IMG/VR virus record: IMGVR_UViG_2529293038_000029
Length of the DNA stretch: 11,345 nucleotides
Strand: one strand, 5' to 3'
Source: a virus
Taxonomy: Duplodnaviria; Heunggongvirae; Uroviricota; Caudoviricetes
Part shown: piece by piece, positions 7,294 through 11,345 of the stretch
How positions within the stretch are numbered: position 1 is the stretch's first letter
Layout: each line of letters begins with the position of its first letter
Notes under the pieces: generated by a model
Database searches by the model: none
The model's input: only the letters and a program-made list of their open reading frames with translations
What the model was told of the DNA's origin: nothing
Translations under genes and position numbers: made by a program

Positions 7294-8477
7294 CAGGCAC
7301 CTCCCAGCACCGCAAATGCGGGTTCAAAGTATTCATCAGTAAACGTCTGGTAAAGCTCCATATCTTCCAGCGGGGGAACAGGCGTATATTTGTAGCGAAT
7401 ACGCACACGCCCCTGACGTAAATCCGTGGTGCTGTTATCCACCACGTCATACCAGCACTCCGCGCCAATCAGTTTCCCGGCAGTAACCAGTGAATCCAGT
7501 TTTGCCCTGATGGCACTGATAACATCCTTCACGTTCGCAGGCGTCAGTGGACTGTCGATGGTTTCAAACTGCGCTTCCGCAATTGAATCAGCCAACACCT
7601 GTGCGGTTCGGGTATACACCTCAAAGATGTAGGCGTTCGTTTCCGGTGTGCGGTTGCCCCAGAAGCGGAACCCGTTGCGACGAATAATGGTCGTGATTTC
7701 TTTGTTGTTGAGGCTGTTGGCATCACTGTCTTCGGCCTGCAACGACCAGAACACATGCCTGGACATCCCCAGCACATTTTTAACCGGAACGTTGGACAGC
7801 GATTTGTGCCAGCCCTGTTCATGGTCAATGTACGCACGGAGGCCGCACGCATAGGCAGGCGCGGGGAACGTTTCGTTTTTGCCACTTTTGGGGTTGTAGG
7901 CGATGAAGTCCGGCCATAAGAGCATCACCTCACGTTCGTTGAATTTCTGGCGGTAGGTAATCGCCTCAGCCATCGTGTTACAGCCGTGACATGAGGCATA
8001 CACAAACGCGCGCAGTTTACCTGCAATCACGCACAGGGATTTTGTTACAGCCTCCGTGTCCAGCTCCGGCGCGGCCAGAATACGCGGACGGTATCCGATG
8101 CTTTCATCCTGCTCTGCAACAAGCAGCGCATACATCCCCGTATAGCTGCCGTCATCCTCAGAACCACCGATAACCAGTTGATCCTGCGTCTTTCCGTCTT
8201 CTTCTTTGTGTTCAGCCACGCGAACGACGATCACCTTTGTGCTCACCTGGTCTGCAATGGCCTTAAGCGCACGATAAAGCGTCCCCGTTGTCCCGCATTT
8301 TCCCAGCACGTCATTGACGCGGGTCAGCAGTGTGGGCTTGTTCAGCGGGAACAGCTTCGCGTCCGCATCATCCGCCGTTGCCACGATACCGATAACGCTG
8401 GAATCAACATCGTTAATCGCTGTTACCAGGTCGGTATTTTCCGTAACACGGGCACCATGAAAACGAGTTTCACTCAT
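7293..8477 (-). CDS. FI: Contractile tail sheath protein (P2 gpFI-like)
   Basis: 394 aa; motifs DADA..FPLNKP, KLRAF, YRQ.F..RE.M..WPDF, DHEQGWHKSLSNV, FRFWGNRT, YTRTAQV.AD, YKYTPVPPLE match P2 FI. Confidence 0.88.
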   Translation of the reverse strand: MSETRFHGARVTENTDLVTAINDVDSSVIGIVATADDADAKLFPLNKPTLLTRVNDVLGKCGTTGTLYRALKAIADQVSTKVIVVRVAEHKEEDGKTQDQLVIGGSEDDGSYTGMYALLVAEQDESIGYRPRILAAPELDTEAVTKSLCVIAGKLRAFVYASCHGCNTMAEAITYRQKFNEREVMLLWPDFIAYNPKSGKNETFPAPAYACGLRAYIDHEQGWHKSLSNVPVKNVLGMSRHVFWSLQAEDSDANSLNNKEITTIIRRNGFRFWGNRTPETNAYIFEVYTRTAQVLADSIAEAQFETIDSPLTPANVKDVISAIRAKLDSLVTAGKLIGAECWYDVVDNSTTDLRQGRVRIRYKYTPVPPLEDMELYQTFTDEYFEPAFAVLGGA

Positions 8478-8634
8478 AGCTTCAGCCCCTTGTATCCGTT
8501 AAATGATTCGGCAACAATCATCACCCACCACGCGCGTAATCTCACCCCTGCGCCGTTCTCCCGACCCGGCGACAACAAAAAGCAGTAACCCCCTCCGCAC
8601 GCACATGCGACCATGCCGCACAGGGAGGGAACAG

Positions 8635-9744
8635 ATGACCGACACCACCATGCAATTGCTCAGTCAGGGCACAGACCCCGTGAAAATGCCGGATTTTGAT
8701 ATTCTTGCGGAGGGTAAAACGCTGTCAGGCGTGGCAGAGCGCCTGATGAGCCTGTCACTGACCGACAACCGGGGATTTGAGGCGGACCAGCTCACCATCA
8801 CGCTGGATGATGCGGATGGTCAGTTGCAGCTACCGCCACGGGGCGCGCGCCTGACGGTTCTCATTGGCTGGAAAGGAGAACCGCTGACAGAAAAAGGCAC
8901 TTACATTGTTGATGAAATCGCTCACGAAGGACCGCCGGACAGGCTGACTGTTTCAGCCAGAAGCGCAGATTTTCGGGATGAATTTAACGTTAAACGTGAG
9001 GTGTCCTGGCATGATGTGACCCTTGAGCGTGTGGTATCCGCCATCGCTCATCGGTATGGTCTGAAACCACAAATCAGCGAAATGCTGATGGATATCGAAA
9101 TCGACCACGCCGACCAGACCGAAGAAAGCGACATGTCCTTCCTTACGCGCATGGCGGAAATGCTGGGCGCAATCACCACGGTAAAAAGCGGTAATCTGTT
9201 ATTCATCATGCCAGGCGGTGGCGTGAACGCACAGGGCCAGCCGTTGCCCTCGTTCGCCATCACGCGCAGCAGTGGCGATCGCCATCAGTTCCGCATTGCT
9301 GACCGCGAAGCGTATACGGGGGTACGCGCTTACTGGCTTGATCTTAATTACGGGAAAAAGAAAAAAGTCAGCGTGAAACGCCGCAAACCGCCAAAACCCA
9401 AAAAGGAGAAAAGCAGCAGCCGTGAAGGTGATTATATGGAAGGCGCAGAAGGCAATGTGTTTGTGTTACGCAAGACTTATCAGAACGAACAGGCAGCAAG
9501 ACGCGCAGCGGCGGCAAAGTGGCAGCAGCTACAACGCGGAGCCGCAGCGTTCTCCATCACACTGGCACGTGGACGCGCAGAACTCTACCCCGAAATGCAT
9601 GGCACGGTAACAGGATTTAAAAGCGAAATTGATAATCAGGACTGGATTATTGCAAAAGCCGAGCACACCATTGATAACAGTGGCTTTACCACGCAGCTTG
9701 AGCTTGAAGCCAAAATCCCGGAATGGATAGCAGAAACAGAGTAA
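8635..9744 (+). CDS. D: Tail protein D (P2 gpD, late control gene D family)
   Basis: About 369 aa with Phage_GPD-like N-terminal motifs (DFDILAEGKTLSG, LSLTDNRGFEADQLTITLDD). Start placed at the ATG at 8635 because of the strong GGGAGGG Shine-Dalgarno; the track ORF begins upstream at 8503. Transcribed divergently from FI. Confidence 0.8.
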   Translation: MTDTTMQLLSQGTDPVKMPDFDILAEGKTLSGVAERLMSLSLTDNRGFEADQLTITLDDADGQLQLPPRGARLTVLIGWKGEPLTEKGTYIVDEIAHEGPPDRLTVSARSADFRDEFNVKREVSWHDVTLERVVSAIAHRYGLKPQISEMLMDIEIDHADQTEESDMSFLTRMAEMLGAITTVKSGNLLFIMPGGGVNAQGQPLPSFAITRSSGDRHQFRIADREAYTGVRAYWLDLNYGKKKKVSVKRRKPPKPKKEKSSSREGDYMEGAEGNVFVLRKTYQNEQAARRAAAAKWQQLQRGAAAFSITLARGRAELYPEMHGTVTGFKSEIDNQDWIIAKAEHTIDNSGFTTQLELEAKIPEWIAETE

Positions 9745-9938
9745 ACAACTTAGATGCATTAGCCCTGACATTTGCTAACGCGCTTACAGCAAGAATCATA
9801 ACCAATCTGACAGCCTACCCGGTGTCAAAATCAGAAGAGCCTTACATTAGAATATGTTAATTTGTAGCAAACAAATTTACACACAAATGATTACTGCTGA
9901 AATAGCCCCCATAAATACCATGTCAAAGGATCCATGTT

Positions 9939-10604
9939 ATGAATATGCAAATTTTTATCGCACCAGCAGCCACAGTTGCTGCAGTCTGCCTTGCTGCATA
10001 TTTTGCTTTACGAAATGAACGTAAAAAGAAAGCACTTGAGATTAGAACAACTCAACTAGATCGAATATCAGAGCTAGTAAACCGAGCATCTACCAATTTG
10101 ATGCAATATACAGGTACTCTTGCCTCTATACTGGAAGCGCACGCCAAAGATAATTATCTACCGAACAAAAAATTTGACATTAATGTAATTAGCAAATGGA
10201 AAGATTGCCTCGATGAGAGTGAGGTCTGGGCGATTGATAGACAGCAACTAAGAACATGTCAGCACAGTCTGGAGTTTCATCGTGAAAAAGAATGGGCTGA
10301 ATGGAAAAAAATAATTCCACCATTACTTGATAAAATTGACCAATTTTTTCTCATATCTAAGCCAGGGCAACCTGTTACGTTTATAAATGGCCAAAACAAA
10401 ACAGCTGATGAACTACTTGTTTTCTCAAGATATTTGAGAAAACAAACAGCAGAAATTGAATCAGTACGTCAGCTGTTACTTTCTCAAATGAGAGAGGAAT
10501 TCATCGAGTTAACTAGCTTTGAACCTGTCACAATGTTTAGCTTATTTAAATCAATAAAGAAAAATGTCATGCAATTTTTCTGTATCAGTGCTCTTAAAAA
10601 TTGA
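9939..10604 (+). CDS. Hypothetical membrane-anchored protein: one N-terminal transmembrane helix plus about 190 aa soluble domain; AT-rich cargo gene
   Basis: 221-aa ORF with AAGGA Shine-Dalgarno 8 nt upstream. Hydrophobic N-terminus (IFIAPAATVAAVCLAAYFAL) followed by a K/E-rich domain I do not recognise. Visibly lower GC than the flanking phage genes. Confidence 0.6.
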   Translation: MNMQIFIAPAATVAAVCLAAYFALRNERKKKALEIRTTQLDRISELVNRASTNLMQYTGTLASILEAHAKDNYLPNKKFDINVISKWKDCLDESEVWAIDRQQLRTCQHSLEFHREKEWAEWKKIIPPLLDKIDQFFLISKPGQPVTFINGQNKTADELLVFSRYLRKQTAEIESVRQLLLSQMREEFIELTSFEPVTMFSLFKSIKKNVMQFFCISALKN

Positions 10605-10619
10605 CGCTCTGTTGCAAGC

Positions 10620-10650
10620 AACCCCAGTGTTAAACTGGGGTTATTCTTGC
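10620..10650 (+). terminator. Intrinsic terminator downstream of the AT-rich ORF
   Basis: 9-bp perfect stem AACCCCAGT-gttaa-ACTGGGGTT followed by a T-rich tract (TATTCTTG). Confidence 0.55.
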
Positions 10651-10753
10651 TAAGAGACCTTTCTACGGCATCAGTAAACAAAACGAACTATCAGTTGGAG
10701 TCTGAGCAAGTTCAGCCTAAACTAGCGACAGCACTACGTTAAGGGAGGTCGCT

Positions 10754-11014
10754 ATGTTCCGTTGTCCGCTTTGTGGCGCATCTGCCCGTATCCGCACCAG
10801 TCGTCCGGAAAATGATTCAAACACCGTGCGGCAAAAGTATTACCAGTGTAACAACCTGGAATGCGGCGTATGCTTCTCAACACTGGAAGCTTTCCATAAA
10901 TTCACATCGAAACACGCCTCCGGCATCCACTCTTCAGAAGATATCCCGTGGCATGAGCTGCCAGCTTCACACAGGGGAAACAATCAGATGAGCTTGCCTT
11001 TACCTCAGAATTAA
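10754..11014 (+). CDS. ogr: Ogr/Delta-family zinc-finger late transcription activator
   Basis: MFRCPLCGASARIRTSR...YYQCNNLECGVCFSTLE matches P2 Ogr (MFHCPLCQHAAHARTSR...YHQCQNVNC..F.T.E), with a Cys-x2-Cys ... Cys-x4-Cys zinc-binding pattern. GGGAGG Shine-Dalgarno. 86 aa, longer than P2 Ogr at the C-terminus. Confidence 0.88.
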   Translation: MFRCPLCGASARIRTSRPENDSNTVRQKYYQCNNLECGVCFSTLEAFHKFTSKHASGIHSSEDIPWHELPASHRGNNQMSLPLPQN

Positions 11015-11074
11015 CAGGCAGAATTGCCGGAGTAACAAAAAAGCGATAGATTACGCGCGGGTGCCTTTCGGCTG

Positions 11075-11287
11075 ATGGTCGGAGGGAATACCCGAAGGCC
11101 AGATGTGGAAAGGCCCCGGAAAACATCTCTGTTTAACCGAGGCCCTAACCGCATTACCTTGACAAGTGAAAGGTTAGCGCCTCTCCGGAAAAGGAGCAAG
11201 TGCTATGTCGCAAAAATCGCTTACGGCCATCACGTTCTGCGTGACGGCAATCCTCATCATCTGGATGTTGCACGGTTCGCTGTGTGA
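11075..11287 (+). CDS. mok-like overlapping reading frame of a hok-type locus (tentative)
   Basis: 70-aa ORF in a different frame, starting about 130 nt upstream of the hok-like gene and overlapping it, as mok does in hok/sok loci. Assigned by position and length only. Confidence 0.35.
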   Translation: MVGGNTRRPDVERPRKTSLFNRGPNRITLTSERLAPLRKRSKCYVAKIAYGHHVLRDGNPHHLDVARFAV

Positions 11288-11345
11288 AATACGGATGAGC
11301 TTCTGGGGAGCGGAGTTTGCGGCGTTCTTACAGTGTAAGCAGTAA
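11205..11345 (+). CDS. hok: Hok/Gef-family type I toxin (small membrane peptide)
   Basis: 46 aa, MSQKSLTAITFCVTAILIIWMLHGSLCEIRMSFWGAEFAAFLQCKQ: an N-terminal transmembrane segment then the family signature SLCEIR ... E.AAF (compare Hok [22 protein letters not shown] and HokA ...AAFLACK). AGGAG Shine-Dalgarno 7 nt upstream. The stop codon is the last 3 nt of the window. Confidence 0.75.
   Translation: MSQKSLTAITFCVTAILIIWMLHGSLCEIRMSFWGAEFAAFLQCKQ

Larger units (their letters stand above)
1..11014. mobile_element. P2-like (Peduovirus-type) prophage, tail and late-control arm; left end runs off the window
   Basis: Contiguous homologues of P2 FI, FII, E/E', T, U, D and ogr, plus an invertible tail-fibre cassette with a serine invertase. 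Right boundary is presumed to lie shortly after the ogr stop (11014), before the hok-like locus. Confidence 0.75.

Noticed and set aside
8178-8588. 136-aa plus-strand ORF, and the N-terminal extension of the D ORF (8503..8634)
   Set aside because: Antisense to the FI 5' end and spanning the divergent intergenic region. The strong Shine-Dalgarno supports the D start at 8635 instead.
8478-8634. Search for an Ogr-type late-promoter box (TGT-N12-ACA) in the FI/D divergent spacer
   Set aside because: Scanned by eye on both strands; no TGT and ACA pair with 12-bp spacing was found. No late promoter is annotated here, though a motif scan should repeat this.
10773-10991. 72-aa plus-strand ORF, and minus-strand ORFs at 10902..11126 and 11011..11199
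   Set aside because: Alternative frames overlapping ogr or the hok upstream region, with no motif support. ogr and the hok/mok frames explain the region.
1-11345. tRNA, rRNA, CRISPR array or IS element
   Set aside because: No cloverleaf-like GC-rich 70 to 90-nt candidates, no regularly spaced short direct repeats, and no transposase ORF or terminal inverted repeats were seen.

Overview
This window looks like the right arm of a P2-like myovirus prophage in an enterobacterial-type genome; the genes are called by motif recognition and gene order only, since no searches could be run. From left to right: (i) a Mu G-segment-like invertible tail-fibre cassette (two convergent pairs of tail-fibre C-terminal domain plus tail-fibre assembly gene) bounded by 26-bp hix/gix-like sites, with a Gin/Hin/Pin-family serine invertase gene on its right; (ii) on the minus strand the tail module U, T (tape measure), E and E+E' (with a TTTTTTG -1 frameshift site), FII (tube) and FI (sheath); (iii) on the plus strand gpD, an AT-rich membrane-anchored ORF of unknown function, and ogr; (iv) a hok/mok-like type I toxin locus at the right edge. 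The most unusual points are: the segment is flanked by about 310-bp, about 99% identical inverted repeats that carry a frameshifted second copy of the invertase 5' end, so neither tail-fibre cassette is joined to a constant N-terminal part in this window; the FI-to-U block is inverted relative to D and ogr compared with the canonical P2 F operon; and a low-GC gene sits between D and ogr. No tRNA, rRNA, CRISPR array or IS element was seen.
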